A stretch of 64,000 nt of DNA from NCBI GenBank assembly GCA_051362555.1, contig CM120649.1, positions 558,001 through 622,000 of the forward strand, read 5' to 3'. Made by a program: the position numbers and the translations under genes. Position 1 is the first letter of the stretch, and each line of letters begins with the position of its first letter. The DNA is from Lingula anatina (taxonomy: Eukaryota; Animalia; Brachiopoda). Positions 25,329 through 39,790 of the stretch are shown here, in pieces. The notes beneath the pieces were generated by a model. That model was not told where the DNA came from, ran no database searches, and saw nothing but the letters and a program-made list of their open reading frames with translations.

Positions 25329-27927
25329 CCTGTTTTCCTCTCTCTCTCTCTCTCTCTCTCTCCTCACTGTGTAACCCTGTATAACTTGGGTCCAGGCATA
25401 AGGCTGTCCGTGCTGTCATCTGTCCTCCCAGAAGCCTCGTAGTCGGTGTTGGTGGACCGGTACGTACAGCTGTCCACCACACTGCGAGTGAGGGTAGGCA
25501 CCACGGCAAACATTTCACTCTAAAAATATAATTAAAAAAGAGTAAATGTGAGCGCACATCGAGAGATCTCAAGCTTCCGCCAATGCAAAATGTAAATAAT
25601 AATTTTAAAATAATTAATTTTTAAATTACACAAGAGGTGGTGAAGGTAGCTCAAAATCTAAGGTAGGGTCCTTGAACGCTGTGTACCCTCCCCCAGGGGC
25701 CAGTCATTGTATGGCCTACTCACGTCTGACACTGGGGAGCACAACAGCAGTGTTCCCAGCCCCTGAAGAACAGCAAACGCCACAGCAAGAAAAAGAAATG
25801 AACGCGGAACCCTCTCCAACACTTCATCTTGACTGAAATAGCTTGGGGAAAAAAAAACAAAAAAATTTATATATATATATTTAGAAATTATACTTGTATT
25901 TTCATGTTTAATCTAGCTGATTTCAATGTCTTTGATATATTGGTGGACGTTGTTCGTATCAAACGGTAGTGAATTAAGGTATAAAACGTCGCGTGCTTAC
26001 TCCACTTCGGTGTTATGAAAATATTCCGCCCTGTCTGGCTTCAGATTATTTGGGTTGATGTAGAACGTCTGTAACTGGTCAAATACAGCGGCACCTCCTC
26101 CAAATGCGGCCAACACAATGCCAGCAACCAAACCACGATGATTGGGAAACCACTGGAATAAAGGAACTCTGTGCAATAAAAATGTAAATGGCATTTATGG
26201 CTCCTTTTCCAAAGACAGTTTCGGTCTATGTAGATCGATCCAACTCTGTGGGGACTCTCGCTTAGTGCAATCAGCTTAATTGAATGACACGCCTCCTCCT
26301 GGCTTGAGTAAAATACAGAAAAGCTGTTGTGATTATAAAAGAACGTTGGAAAAAGAGGTGGTGTGCATTCAGTTACGATCACTGCACTCAGCAAAGTTGG
26401 ATCGATATAAGTAGACCGAGGGTGTCTTTGGGAATGGGTCTTATGGGATCTAAGATATATATATATATATAAATTAATTATATGTATAAGACGCACTGTA
26501 TACGTCTTACCCTTATTCATTTATCCTATTTTCAGTTGGTAGGGGTCAATCTAAAGAGACTAAAATGTTCGGAACAAATATGATGTCTCTGAGTTCATCT
26601 GTGAATTACTTAACTTCATTCATTATTTAAATATAAATAATCAATTAATCATAAAGTAAATACCCTCATTGTAATGGACATGGGTATGGGGTAAGCAATG
26701 CCAGCACCCAGCCCCATTACGATACCATAGGTTATCAGACAGGTACCAAAACCGCCCTTTATGCTGTAATACGTGAGGCCAACGCCCAAACTGAAAGTGG
26801 TAGAAAATACTGATTATTTTGGGAATACAGTTACGAAAGTGACACAAATATTAACAGCTGATAAATCGAAATACTGTAGATCGTTATTTAGCCAGTGGTT
26901 TTGGGTTGAATTTACGCTGCTGATAAAATGAAAATCGCTTTTTTTTAATTTCTAGAAAACTATCCTTGCAATGTTAAAGTCTAACGCTCATTCTGTTCCT
27001 TTATTCCAAAAGGTGGATTTTTGTTATACACTGAAAGTGTTGTCCTGATTACACCAGGGTAGCTCTATTATAAATGAAATGACTATTTTTTTAATAAGAA
27101 ATGATTATCAGATAAATTCAATGTAGAAAACGGATGCATTACTACCCTTAAGAAATCCCCTTTAGGGCCTAGAGGACGTCCTTTGAAACAAGTCCCATAC
27201 TGCCCTATATAATTCCTATAAAGTTCCATACCCCGGTACAATCCAATAGGAACAATCCTATTAGAAAATTTTGACATACAGTCAAGGTTTTTCATTGTTC
27301 CTACCTCATTGTCCAGCCTCCAACTAGCGCAGCCAGACGTGCCCCAAATCTCCTCTCCACCATACCACCCAGAAACCCTGTTAAGTCTATACACATTTGG
27401 GTAATGCCGTACAGAAACACGCTTTTGTGATAATTCATTTCTGTAGAGACCGTCTTGAATCTCAGGTATGACGTCACGTACACTGTCATATTTCCTAAAT
27501 TAAATATCAACCATAATATATTCCTTTAGTTTATATTGACGCCAATAGACGTCGCTACTGAATGGCTGCCCATCCGGTAATTTTTTTTCTAAAAGACAGG
27601 ACACGAACAGGCGTAAACTAGAACAATCTTGCCAATTTTCTCTCATTTTTTAAATTAAAATAGACTGGTAAAGAATACGGAATAGAGCTGCAAAACATTG
27701 ACTTTTGATAAGCTACAGTGGGTTTAATGAATGATGTCTCCGTAATGTTTCTTGCTGACCCTACATTCAATACAAGATAATAATAATAATAATAATAATG
27801 CGGTAAATTTTGGTGTCGGAACACACCAATAGATGTCGCCACCATACCTACCAAACGAGTAGACTGCTCCAAGTGTTAAATGCAGCAAAATGCCGCCGAT
27901 GAGTGCTAACACGCCTTTGCATTCCAT
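16086..27927 (-). CDS. MFS transporter, oxalate:formate antiporter-like (paralog 1); 11 coding exons
   Basis: Exons approx. 27852-27927, 27304-27495, 26664-26790, 26001-26153, 25724-25841, 25369-25519, 24830-24972, 24379-24501, 19776-19987, 18892-18991, 16086-16141, with consistent phases. Motifs KGVLALIGG..HLTLG, GNMTVYVTSY, WFPNHRGLVAG, FNAGGRIFWG..D.F; ends AMVLAFLFRKRRSNGQEV*. The last intron is GC-AG. Confidence 0.9.
17273..17487. mobile_element. MITE, inverted copy of 7831-8045
   Basis: Reverse complement matches 7831-8045 along its full length; TTA/TAA flanks. Confidence 0.85.
17580..17916. mobile_element. Kolobok-like MITE, partial inverted copy of 33431-33769
   Basis: Shares ttcccatacttaccaatggttaatga, aaagttagtccctg and tataactgccgtttttgtgg; ends ttatccctTTAA. 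Confidence 0.7.
18096..18643. mobile_element. Non-autonomous DNA transposon with long (>110 bp near-perfect) TIRs and 5-bp TSD
   Basis: CAGGCCTACCCAACTACCAGACTCGGC...GCCGAGTCTGGTAGTTGGTTAGGCCTG flanked by TAACA at 18091-18095 and 18644-18648. Confidence 0.9.
18650..18865. mobile_element. MITE (Harbinger-like), left end truncated; second copy at 53773-53992
   Basis: Shares ggtccatct..ggggtttctcgctaaat..gcttagatgtctg..gagaatcccct with the 53.8-kb copy; right end gggaatggtccc-TAA. Confidence 0.75.
24120..24358. mobile_element. MITE, copy of 36071-36323 (left terminus eroded)
   Basis: tttgtctcatttcacgctcacttacggttctcaatct ... agattgagaaccgtaagtgaacgtgaaatgaaacaaa..cgcaggg. Confidence 0.85.
25060..25364. 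repeat. Degenerate (CT)n pyrimidine tract
   Basis: Directly visible; intronic in MFS paralog 1. Confidence 0.9.
26198..26443. mobile_element. Diverged Harbinger-like MITE
   Basis: Imperfect TIRs ccaaagaca..tcggtcta..gatcgatccaact / agttggatcgat..tagaccga..tgtctttgggaatgggtc-TTA, with the same terminus as the 7831 family. Confidence 0.65.
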
Positions 27928-29569
27928 ATATCCTCCTTATTGTCGATTGATCTTTATCTGATCTTCAAATTCAAAATAAAAATATATGACAATTAATAAC
28001 CACCGTTCTTTGTCATAAATGAAAGCCCAAATGTCACACTTTGATGAAAAGATTTCACATGCTGATTTTCACTATCACCTAATGTCACCTAATGTCCTTG
28101 TCGCCGATCACGTGATAAGGCATTTTGTGTAATGAAATTGTCATTGAAGGCGAATATCAAACCAAAAGTACATCGTGACATTGCACAGTCCTTCCCTCTA
28201 TTTGACGTCTGCTACATCAGGTTAGGTTGTTTAGGCCTAAAGTATTTCATTTTTCAGTTAAGCTTCGACGATCCTGGGAAGTTTCAGTCAATAATGTCCA
28301 CTGCTCCTAAAAATTGTTGTCCGCACTGGTCCACTGAGACAAAATACCAGAGAAATTTTATTATGATCCTTATTTCCTATTATACGGCAAGATCGTCTAC
28401 AAAGAGTCTCGAATCTCTGTCATCTAGAATGAATCTTGTTTTAAACACATAAACTTAAGCAAGCGATCCATTGCCTTGTCGTACAGAGGTCCAACAGAGC
28501 TAAAAGTGTCCTATCGTGATGAAACAACTTGGACGGATTGCAACTCCAAAACGATTCTCCAAATTGCCTGCTCTTTCCCAGAATGTGTTCGCCGTTAAGT
28601 CTCTCATATAGCACCTAAACTTTGTTTAAAGCGTTTAAAGTTTAAAAATAGAATCAAAGCAGATCTGTTGGTCTCATATTAGAAAATACTCAGATTCTTC
28701 TGGACTCAATGTCACCTATTGTAGAAGCTTTTTTGAGGGCGTAAAATACAGATATATAAAACCCCTCTGAGTCAGCAGTTCCTGCTTTGGGTGTAATGTT
28801 GATGCATGACGCGTTCGACAAATCCACATACTGGGGTAGCGCGGTGCCATTAAGTGAAATCAGCGCTACCAAGAGCTTATCTACACTGACAAACAGGACT
28901 CTGTTGATAACGGGTCCTCAAATAGATAGCTGCGCACGTGGATTGCATTTATCTGTCGATACATCGATATGTGGAACAACTCAGGGATCACCTTAACGAT
29001 TGACTATTGTCACCAATAAACCTGCAGTCGACATGTGAAATACAAAATATTATTAAATATATTGTTTAACATATGCCACTGCTACTATTGTATATAAGTC
29101 AGAAACTACTTTTTGCAAGACGTGTGAAATGGAGTTAAGTATGGTCATTTCAATTCAGTTCAAATTCAAATAAATGGGTGTCATATCCATGTAAAAAGTC
29201 GGGATATAACACCCAAATTATAGTCAGACTATACACACAAAATGCTTCGAACAAACTAAATGGCTTTTGAACAAAACGGATTTGAATGTTCCACAAAACA
29301 TATTGTATGAGGGTGATCCAGGACTAGTGTTCCCATAATGTCAAAGTTTTATACTCTTCTGGCTTTCCCCCAAAGATGTGCATTCCAGATCCAACTTAGA
29401 CAAGACGGTCTCGGCAGCTGCTTTATTTTATTTGTCCGAAATTCCTGTCAGGTGCACCTTTAGTACTTTTCTCCCGTCATCTCCGTCACTCTTAACATCG
29501 TATACACTAGCGCTTCATAGTTTGATTAAATCTATATCAATACCATGTCATGAATTGATTACATACACA

Positions 29570-29571
<2 letters not shown>

Positions 29572-29630
<59 letters not shown>
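29572..29630. repeat. (TA)n microsatellite
   Basis: Directly visible. Confidence 0.97.
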
Positions 29631-29634
<4 letters not shown>

Positions 29635-31265
29635 TACTGTATTACATATGGCATCACGCGTCCCAACGCAATAGGTCGAGCAGTTAGGAGAGTCATTGCA
29701 TAAAGTCTAAGAATAATGCCTTGACTACGGTCTTCGTTTTCTTGTCTAGCCGTATTTGATTACAATATCAAAGGCAAAAAGGCGGTGCACATTCATTATA
29801 CACTTGCTTTACGAATGCAACATCTGGAAATGAGTCTATAACAACGTATCGGAAAACGAAAAATTACAAGTTGTGAAATTTACTGACAAAAAATTAAAAC
29901 AGACAAATGGCTTAGATCGAGGAAAAATTGTACTTTTTTATTCGGAGTCCCATGGCCCCATAGAGAAAATCTAGTTTGGTTGCCATGTTGGCAACCTCCA
30001 GCAAATTTGAAAATCATAGATGACTACCAATAACCCACAAATGTGCTTCCTTGAGTACCAGTATGCAAAGTTCTTGCCGTATTATTCTAAATCAAAAATG
30101 AAAAAAAAAAAAAAAAAAAACGTCAAAAAGTGCCAAAAATATGTCGAGTAGGTAGGTTAGTCATGCCCCATTTGTAGCCTATCCTGAGAATTCAAAATTA
30201 TTTCATTAAATCTTTCCATAACATTTGGCGCTTTGTTTTTAACTAACAAACTGACAGAAGCAAAAACATATTAATCATGCATTGTGTAAACTGTTCGTTC
30301 CTTTGTAGTAAGAAATATAGCAATATAAATCATTTATATTCTTGTATTTTTTTGCATGAATAGCGATCAGTCTCGGAGGAACACACACTGAGGAAGGTCA
30401 CAGTTCAGATCGCAAGCTTTGTTTAGGTACAGCTTAAGTAAGTGTAAAAAGAGAAAAGTTAAATATAAAAAAAAACTGCACTGATGAATTTCCAAAAAAA
30501 AAAAATAATAATAATAAAATGTGTAGTACAGTGAGATTGCCCTTATCCACTGTTGTAGGTATTCTGATTGACGCCATGCTGACAAGTGCCCAGTCTTAGC
30601 AAACCCCTTGGTCTACCTGCATCGTCGATTACTTTTAGATGTTTAATTTCATCATGTCTTGGACGACTAACGTCGTTCAGGTACGTGCGTTTTATTTTTC
30701 TACTCCCTTTCTAATTACACATTTATTTTGAAACCTGGAATTTATCCACAGATTCAGTCACGTTCATGAAGAACATGATTTTACTTTGAAACAGTTTTAT
30801 TGCTAATTAAGAAAAGATATGGCCATCTTTTCATTCCAATAACTCGAGTCTATAACTCTGAATATTTTTAATGTTCGCAATCGCTTGAATTGTCTTGAGA
30901 AAATGTAGACCTAAATAAAAGCAAAACCCGTTTTTTAATTTTTTTCTTTGGAAAAAGAATTTAAACATATACGATTTGCTTGGTTTTCAGGAAAAAAAAA
31001 CTAGTCATCACATTTTATTTAAAATTGATGTATCTTACGAAGTACAGCGTTTAACGTCCGCCAGCAAGTTTTTAAACTACTCTTGTTTATGCCCGTCCTC
31101 ATCTCTAAGAATAAGTCGTCCTATTTTATCTTATCAGTAGTGTGAAACTAATGTCTTTATACAAACGTTTACTTTTAAGGTTTGACATATTGTTATATCC
31201 TTGGTTACGGACTGTCCAAACTCATTTCCATGGTGATACACGCACAGTTCCATTGACCTTGACCT

Positions 31266-33128
31266 TCATATGTCACTACCGTCCCATCTCTTGGCATCGA
31301 AGAAAAAGGCCGTGACCAATCCTGGAACAGATAACTCAAATATATCATTGACTCAACATGAATTAAATCTCCACCGTATAAATTTACTTGTGAATTGTAA
31401 TATACTACAATGTAGCATTATAAAAATTGAGATAGAATGTAAGTTTATTAGGAGCATCTAAAAAAATTCAAAGAATGCAAACCTTACGACATAATAATAA
31501 CTATAATAATAAAATAATAACAGAGATATGAAAATTTATGCTCTACCTAAGAAAGAGAATCCAGCGACGCAGAGGAACATGGAGGACCAGATCATAGAAC
31601 TGTACACATACTGTGTTAAGAGAGCTCCAACTATAAATGCCGCGATCTGGAAATCATCACATGGTACTCTTATCAATGTATATGCTTCCATGTGGATAAC
31701 CAAGAGGAAAGTTTCCAAACTATTCTCACCTTTAATATTTTTTATCTAAGACGTTTTTTTGACCAACGGCGGATTCAGAGGGGATACTGGGGGGGGGGGG
31801 GTCCTGCGACCCATATTTACCTTCAGAAATACCCTCTTTCTTTATTCTTCACAACCCTTAACCCCCCTCCCCTTCCCTAAAAAGAGTAAAACGGTTTTTA
31901 AACCAAAACTTCGATTTCCCATTTGTAAATCCTTCCTACCTGAGATGAAAAGACAAAACTGTAATTTAAAGCAGCATGCTTGAGGCCGAACGTCTTCGCC
32001 GTCCCCATCGGGAACAAAGTAAAGCTCCCGCCTGTAGCCATGTAAATGAGACAGAACCAGATGAAGAACATGCTCTGTGCCGCCGTAGAAGAATGAGTGT
32101 CACGGCAGAAGTCAAGCGTGGTGATGAGAACCATTGTGAAGGCGCAGAGACACATTAAGCAAACCTGAGGAGAAATAATGAAAAATAATAATATATAAAT
32201 AACTAATATATGAAAACACACCCCAGCTGACACAGAACGTTACCATAACGTTACCAATACGTTTTTGGGCTAAATATAAACGTTCTGGCAACGTAATAAT
32301 TCCGTTGTGTTTGCTGGGATGTACAGAAACCAGAGAGCACTCCAAGATCGAAGACTTCCACAAGCAAAATTGAGAATGAGAATTCTGAAAAATAATTTTT
32401 TGGAAATTGTAACCTCGACATTACTTTCTAAATAACTGCCTATCCTTAAAATTGCATTAGAATTTGTAAATATTTCTAAATATCTTGTCCCTTATAAGAC
32501 TGAAAAATTACCGCTGATGAAAACGTAGATCTAATAACTTTCCTTTAAAGAGGTTAGAAAATAATAACAGCTACTGAGGAGCATGTCCCTCGGTTTGTAT
32601 TCTACCCACACTGAACAGAAAGTACATTATTACGTCAGCAGTATCTGACGTCACGCAGTATTTTACGTCACGTTATATGACGTCAAATTATGTATAAATA
32701 CAACATTCACCCTGAAACCATATCTGTCTGCCATATATCCCCAAAACACACGTCCTCCGGCATTGAATAATGAACCCACGCTTAGGACTCCGAGCAGAAA
32801 TAAGTCGCTTTGTATGAAGTTTTGTCCGTATACCTGGTCAAGAAATATAAATGTTAGTTTGTTTGACTCAAAACATCTCATTTTGACCTTTACAGTATAT
32901 AAATGTTCATAACATAGAATGTTAGTTTACAATGTAATAATACACCCCTGCACAGACGAGCGTTAAGATTTTCAACATTATTAATGATAAAGTTTTATCT
33001 ATAAATTATAACGTAATGTTTCCACTACTGAGACACACATGTTGCGTTCACCAACGATTGTTTTAGTAGATATACTTTGGCTTTTTTGATTAGGCCCTAC
33101 GTGAACAGATGATTATAAATACCCCTTA

Positions 33129-33174
<46 letters not shown>

Positions 33175-36100
33175 AGAGAGAGACCATGTGCGTCCGCCAA
33201 AGTGAGCATTCACATACAGAAGAGCCGAGGTTTAGCAAGGCCGAGGCCTAAACATGGCTGACCTACATAAAAGGAAGACCGCGTAATCATTTGATGGTCT
33301 CTCAATGTATGTCAGAGAATTTTAATAATTAGACCGAGTATCGATCTGACATGACCTTGTGTGAATGCAACTAATATAGCAGTGCATTCTTTATGCTTGA
33401 ACACCCACAAACACATCCACACCCACTTAAAGGGATAATAACTCTTCGTATGAGATCTATATTTCACAATAAAAACATTGTGAATAACTCATAGAAATAT
33501 AATATATTCTGTTTTACCACAAAAACGGCAGTTATAACTATTATTCTGATATCTGAGCTTGTCTTTAGACCAGGTGACCTCCATTGATGGCTATACTCTG
33601 TTATAATCTCTTAAGAGATTTTAACAAAACAACCAAACTTTTTAGAAAAAAAACAGGGACTAACTTTAAATGTAAAAATGGATTCATTAACCATTGGTAA
33701 GTATGGGAAAAGTATGTTGTTTACTCCAGGAAAATTCATTTTTGGCCGAAACGAAGAGTTATTATCACTTTAAAGAAAAAGAAAAGATATTGTGTGAAGA
33801 TAGAGTACAGATACCTGATTCTTACCTTATACGAACCGGCAGCTTCCAGTAAAACTTGACTATTGAAGAAGAACACCAGCCACATGATATAAAATGATTT
33901 GGTTTTCATCATTGCTATTGGTGTAAGCGACCTTTCCTCACCTGGGACCTTGGAGCCGCTTCTAATTAACAGAGAATAAAATTTTAAAAGAACGTTTGGC
34001 TCCGACACGCGCAAAAGTCATGAAGACCAAATTACCATATCAAGTAAAATAGAAGAACTATAAGTGTAGCAGACAAAGAGCGTTGAGAAACAATTATTTC
34101 ATAAGTGATGAACGTTAATTGTACGAGAGTGCGGTTTTTCTTCTTTTTTAATCGATTTCAGATCTTTTTAAAATTCGCATCTAAATTTCGTTAAAAATTG
34201 GCAGATTTTTAAAAACGGGGAGGCAACTGGAGCTGAGAAGAAAAATTTGCCTCATTTCTAGAGGTTTCTTCCTTTTCTTCATCTCCAATGACGTGATACA
34301 CTGCTGCCACTCTTTTAGGCTGTACTAGAATATTGAATGATTTTAATTAATTTGGTAGGCATGTCTGTTGACAACAAAGCAGTTAAGGGAGGCTAAATGT
34401 TAAGGACTGGTGCTATCAGCTGCTTCCCCTCCATCTGGATCCTACTGAGTATAGTCAGGCAACTTACGCTGTTATTCTGGTCGTACGGTGGCCGGGCAAC
34501 AGACTGTCTGACTCATTAGAACTGTTACTGTTGCCTATCACTATAGCGTACAAGTCTCCACTGTCCTGAAATAAGAACGAATTCGTGTAACAAGATCGGG
34601 GCAACTCGGCAGGTTTCGCACCTCAGCGGAATGACACGAAGTTGACCGAATAAGTACGAAGGATCACAATTATGCCTTATAAGAACTTCAAACTAGGCAC
34701 TTAATTTTAAACTTAATATAGGCGTGATTGTTATAAATAATAATAAGAAATAATTCCGAACACGTCGCAGTTATAAAACAGTAGAATATTACATTTCACT
34801 ACTACTGATTTATCTTAAAGGTACTTTTTAAAGTTTACACCAATTTTACGAGCTCTTTTGCAAAGCAATTAAGCCTCAGCAGGTCACGCCAGGTCACGCC
34901 AAGACAAGCCACTCTAGTATGTCACAAAAAGTCACGATAGTCACGAAAGTACGTACCAAGTCCGCTTGTCCCCTTTCAAACATGAGGAGAACTCCTATGA
35001 GCTGTACGACGGCGTACGATACGCCAAGGATAAGAAATACACTAGGGACCTTGTTCAAGATGACAAGTTGATTGAAGTACCTAGGAAGGAAAATGATTAG
35101 TTGTCCAGAATACTTATCTCATTAAATTACTAAATTATTAAATATTGTTAAATAGACTAAAGTCACTTTGAAATTTTAAGAGAATGGAATTCAAGAGGGT
35201 GGAACACCGTCCATTTTTTGGAACAACATACAAACTTTTTTTATTGGGGTCTATGCTGTGGAACAATAAATTTGACAGTGACTGATGATGAAATAATGAT
35301 AAAGGACTTGCTTTAAAAAAGCAATACACAGTTCTTTAGAATACAAGTCAGTAGTGGAACGAAGAAATAGGGAAAAAATATTCTGTTACGTATCCTCAAA
35401 CCAATATAAACCAAATTTTCAGTAATTCATTAATTTTTTCGTGTTAATAAAGTACATCTAGAATACACCATTTATCAGTTAAATTATTTATTAGATTCTT
35501 ATATAATACTTTTTTACTATATCATTCACCAAAATTAGTTCTGAACGAGAGTTCGGTCGGTAGTGGTCCAAATGAGACCAATTTTTCTATGAAACACTTA
35601 TTTTTAACAAATAGAAACCCACCTTTCTGTATGGCAAGGTTTGGAGCTGTTGGCAATAGGGAAGGGACAGATGATATCAGACGGTTGTTTGTTGTCGGGG
35701 TTCATATAAAGCGTCTGTACCCAGGCGAAGAGAAACGGACCACAAGCAAAGCCGGCAAGAACCAGCCCAACGGCCAAACCTTTCTTTTCAGGAAACCACT
35801 GAAAGATATGTTGTTCAAAATGATACCAGTAAATGATGATCTGAGAAAATAAAGTTACAAAACTTTTGGAACCATAACACCCTGTATGTACAAATATGTG
35901 CATTGTTTGTCTAATGTTTACTTGCATAATCTGTACATCCGTGGAATTACTGAAGTAATTAAAATCGTTGTGGAATCAGTGACTGAGACAATTCACTGGC
36001 TCCTATGTAATACGTCCGTAAGTTGCCCGGCCATGAGGAAGAAGTCAACGCATGGGCACTAGTGCAATATCCCCTGCGAAAATGTGTCTCATTTAACGCT

Positions 36101-37598
36101 CACTTACGGTTCCCAATCTGTCCTAGAACATAAATTTTTTCTCTTTTCATGAAAAAATGTTCTTAATCTGTTCTAGGACATTCTGAAGGACTTCCCCAAA
36201 ACAGTTCTCGAATTGTTACATTCATCACAGAACAACATTAGAACTGTAAAAAAAAAAATTAAATGTTCTAGAATAGATTGAGAACCGTAAGTGAACGTTA
36301 AATGAGACAAATTTCCGCAGGGGATGTGTGACGTCCAACTCGGGATCATTATTCCTTTCGTTATGACGACATACTCTCATCGCTAACGTCATGGGTACAG
36401 TGTAAGCCAAACCGCCGCCTATCCCCACCAAGACTCCGTAGGTAGCTACTGTCGCCAAAAAGGAATGTTGGATGGCCTCAAAGGTCAGAAGAACTCCAAG
36501 ACTGAAGTATGAGAATTAGACAAATTGTGACTTATTGGATACTGATAGCAAATATTACTTTACTGGCATAAAGGGAACATGAGAAATTCACCCAGAGCTT
36601 CAGAGAACTTTAATCAAACCTCTACACTACATCATACTCTTGACTGATCTCCAAGTTAAAGAAAAGATATCAGGAAATACCCAATGATTCCAAAATAACA
36701 TGGGAATTTGACATGGATTCAGCATGAAGTTTCTTGTTTATCGATTTATCTTATTATAAGGTATCTACCACAAGAACTCCATTAAGTTGAAGTTTGTGAG
36801 GTTTGTTTTACGATTTTTTTCGTTCAAAGTGATAGACCGCGTTCAGATCGAGACGTCGTACTGAGTCGGTCTTCAATTCTCTGTAAGTGCAAGCAGTGGA
36901 ATCAGGTCACCGTCTGATATTAAGCCGAGCGCACAGGAAAGTTAATTTCCCCCTTGTTGCTCGAGGAACTGATTCTACTGATTGCGCCTAGGAAGAATCC
37001 CTCACACGGTTGGACCGACCCAGGTAGTACGATGCGTCTATCTGAATGCGTCCTTTAAGATGGGCATTTGAATATCAAACTAAGCATTCACGCCATATAA
37101 AATACCTCATAACCCAGCTTCCTATGAGTGTAGTTATTCTGGCACCAACAGTCCTCTCCAGGGCCCCGCCTGCAAACATGGCGAGCCCGGAAAATGTGTA
37201 TTCAGCGGCAAATATCCAGTTTGTGCTGGCGTACGTCACAGGAAACGAGGCACGGTCGAATTCCCTCATATAAGACGTCATGTAGGTCGTTATGTTACCT
37301 GTGAAATAGCCATATGCGTACTATTGCTAAAGAGAAAGCTCTGTAGTTGGTTTGGCAGCATTATTTCGATATATATAGGAAAATAGGGGCAATATATGGA
37401 CCTGTTTTGAAGATATTTAATGAGAGTGGTCGAACTGACAGATTGATAACAGATAATCAGGCAGCCATGCATGTAAATGGACGGACAGTCTGTACAGGCA
37501 GACAGACAGACAGACAGACAGGCAGACAGACAGGCAGAGCGTGGCAGAGAGACAGACAGAATGACTTCTGACAGACGTCATAGAGACAAACATAACTG

Positions 37599-37689
<91 letters not shown>

Positions 37690-38209
37690 ATAATCGAATG
37701 GGGACGTCTCGATAGTAATACGTTTTTATGACGGTAAATCTATATTTTAGGACAAAAAGGTAATACAAAAGTGAAATAAAAAAAACCTACACACACACAC
37801 ACACATCACATTACCAAATGTATACACAGTCCCCAGGGTCATATGTACTAGTACCCCTCCGAGTACCGCCAGGACCCCCTTCACTTTGATTTCACTGTTA
37901 TACGGCGGCTGACGTCTACGGTTCCGGAAGAACCCCTTGGCCGCCCTGTCTATGATCTCGGAGTCCGTCATCCCCTTTTTATCCACGATGAAAGTTCCAC
38001 TACTGTCGCCGTTGATGCTCCCATGATGTAGCTCTGGTATTGGAGATTGAAGTATTGGTTGTATAATAATATTGGTATCATTGCAAAGCGACAAAGTGGT
38101 ATAACCTTGAGATGCGGGTGTACGGGTGTGTTTTGACAGCTTAGGCCTTTTCTCATCGGGCGGTATACTTTTTACAAAACTTTTTTAACTTTTCTAACAT
38201 GGGTTTCAT
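31266..38209 (-). CDS. MFS transporter, oxalate:formate antiporter-like (paralog 2); start either 38209 (needs a 1-nt frame correction) or 37971
   Basis: Same exon architecture as paralog 1: KGVLAVLGGVLVHMTLG (~37815-37890), TTYMTSYMR (~37105-37297), WFPEKKGLAVG (~35625-35798), FNAGGRVFWGYMADRYG (~32711-32833), NYSFVFSSQ (~31940-32165), VAGFSFLG (~31547-31646). Last exon LVTAFFFDAKRWDGSDI* with stop at 31266. Confidence 0.88.
33431..33769. mobile_element. Kolobok-like MITE with TTAA target site
   Basis: TTAA-AGGGATAATAACTCTTCG...CGAAGAGTTATTATCACT-TTAA; other copies at ~17580-17916 and ~49470-49630. Confidence 0.8.
36071..36323. mobile_element. MITE with CCC termini and 2-bp TSD (CMC/EnSpm-like)
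   Basis: CCCCTGCGAAAATGTGTCTCATTTAACGCTCACTTACGGTT...AACCGTAAGTGAACGTTAAATGAGACAAATTTCCGCAGGGG, flanked by AT/AT. Confidence 0.85.
37495..37686. repeat. (CAGA)n, (CA)n and (GA)n microsatellites
   Basis: Directly visible. Confidence 0.95.
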
Positions 38210-39790
38210 TTTAAGATTGTCCTCTAAGTTATAATAAACTGAAATAGCCAAATATATCTCTAAAGATCATAACTCCTACATCTTTAACTTTTTTATACAA
38301 ATTTAATATTGGATATCAAATAAGGACTATGTTGAAACAAAGACTTAACCTAAAATCTGAAGCCATACCCTGAATAGAGTCACGAGGACCATCCATCGAA
38401 GTAGAGTTCAACATTTCACGAATTCATGGCCTGATCTATTCTCCAAAATGGTCGAAGTGGTCTCCAATCCGAATCAGTCAAATTTGGAGACGCGCCGTTT
38501 TATTACTTTAGGGGGATCTGACGGTTGCGCTTTTCGAGACTTTATAGGAACGAAGTTTGTAAGTATGGCGGCGTATATATGTATAATATTCATATGTTTG
38601 TGACAAGGCATGTTGATAAAGCCAGATGTTATATGAAAAGTGATAACGTTTATTTTGAAGCGCTAACCTCACTTATCAATGCACGTGATAGTTATATCTG
38701 TCTTTATCTTCCATGCCGTCAGAACTAACTGAAATTATCACCTGTCATCGGCAATATACAATTAGATCGATATATTTTTCATTATATTTTTGATAAGATC
38801 AAAAAAACATTTTAGGACGCAAATCCTGATAAAACAGGTCTTCACACCTGCAAATTAGTTATTACATCTGACAGGTTGCTAGGATGTCAATTCAGTTTTG
38901 TCACGTCTCGTCTCTAACAAACTCTTGCTCCTAATCTTTTTCGTCGGCCACCACCTTTCACATTTTATCACGAAAACCTCTGTAACGGTCAGTTACAAGA
39001 ACTCTGAAGCATACGTTAACAATTGATTCTTTTTCATTGTTTTGATTTCTCTCTTCTGGTGAAAGAGGTGGAATGTTGGTTTCAAATGCCCAAAGCGTTT
39101 TATAAAAAAAAAATATCAAGATTTATTTTGATTGAAAGTAAAGCGTTTCTATGGAGATGAAACGTGTATTATTTTCTTAAGGCGTGGCCTTTTTTGAATC
39201 CACGACCTGCGAATCTACAGGACATTTAGAGCTCCCCAAGTAGTAAAATCATGTTAGGTCTCATTAGAAACGATTTACTTTTTTATAATAATTACGTAAG
39301 ACACAACCAAAGACCTATTTCAGAAGATTTATTATATTTTAATATGCCTTAGAGGCACGATATTCATACAGTCCGACATAGTCTGACAAGTATGATGTTC
39401 ATTCACATAGGTTAAAGCGAAACAAACACTGTAATAATAATACAGTGCCATAGTCCAGTCCCAGTCACCAGTCCAGCAGTATTCCATCTGAAAGTGTGAA
39501 GCAGCTGACCAAACGTGGGGTATTGCTGGGCTGGAAACTTTCTTATACAAATTATAATATACCTCACACAAAATGCTCCGATGAACATTTTAATTTTTAC
39601 TTGAAATAACGCAGTTCATTTCTGTGTAGTCTTAGTAGGTCAGCTTTTAGTAACAATGTTAGTAGGTGGTCAGGAATAATCTTCTTTAAAAAGTGTGACA
39701 TAGTTCAAAATTTCCAGTGAACTATTTCGTTTGCCGTTTAAGCCAGTGTTCGCCCCTAACACCTGTCACGGAGACGTTTTGTTTTCATCC

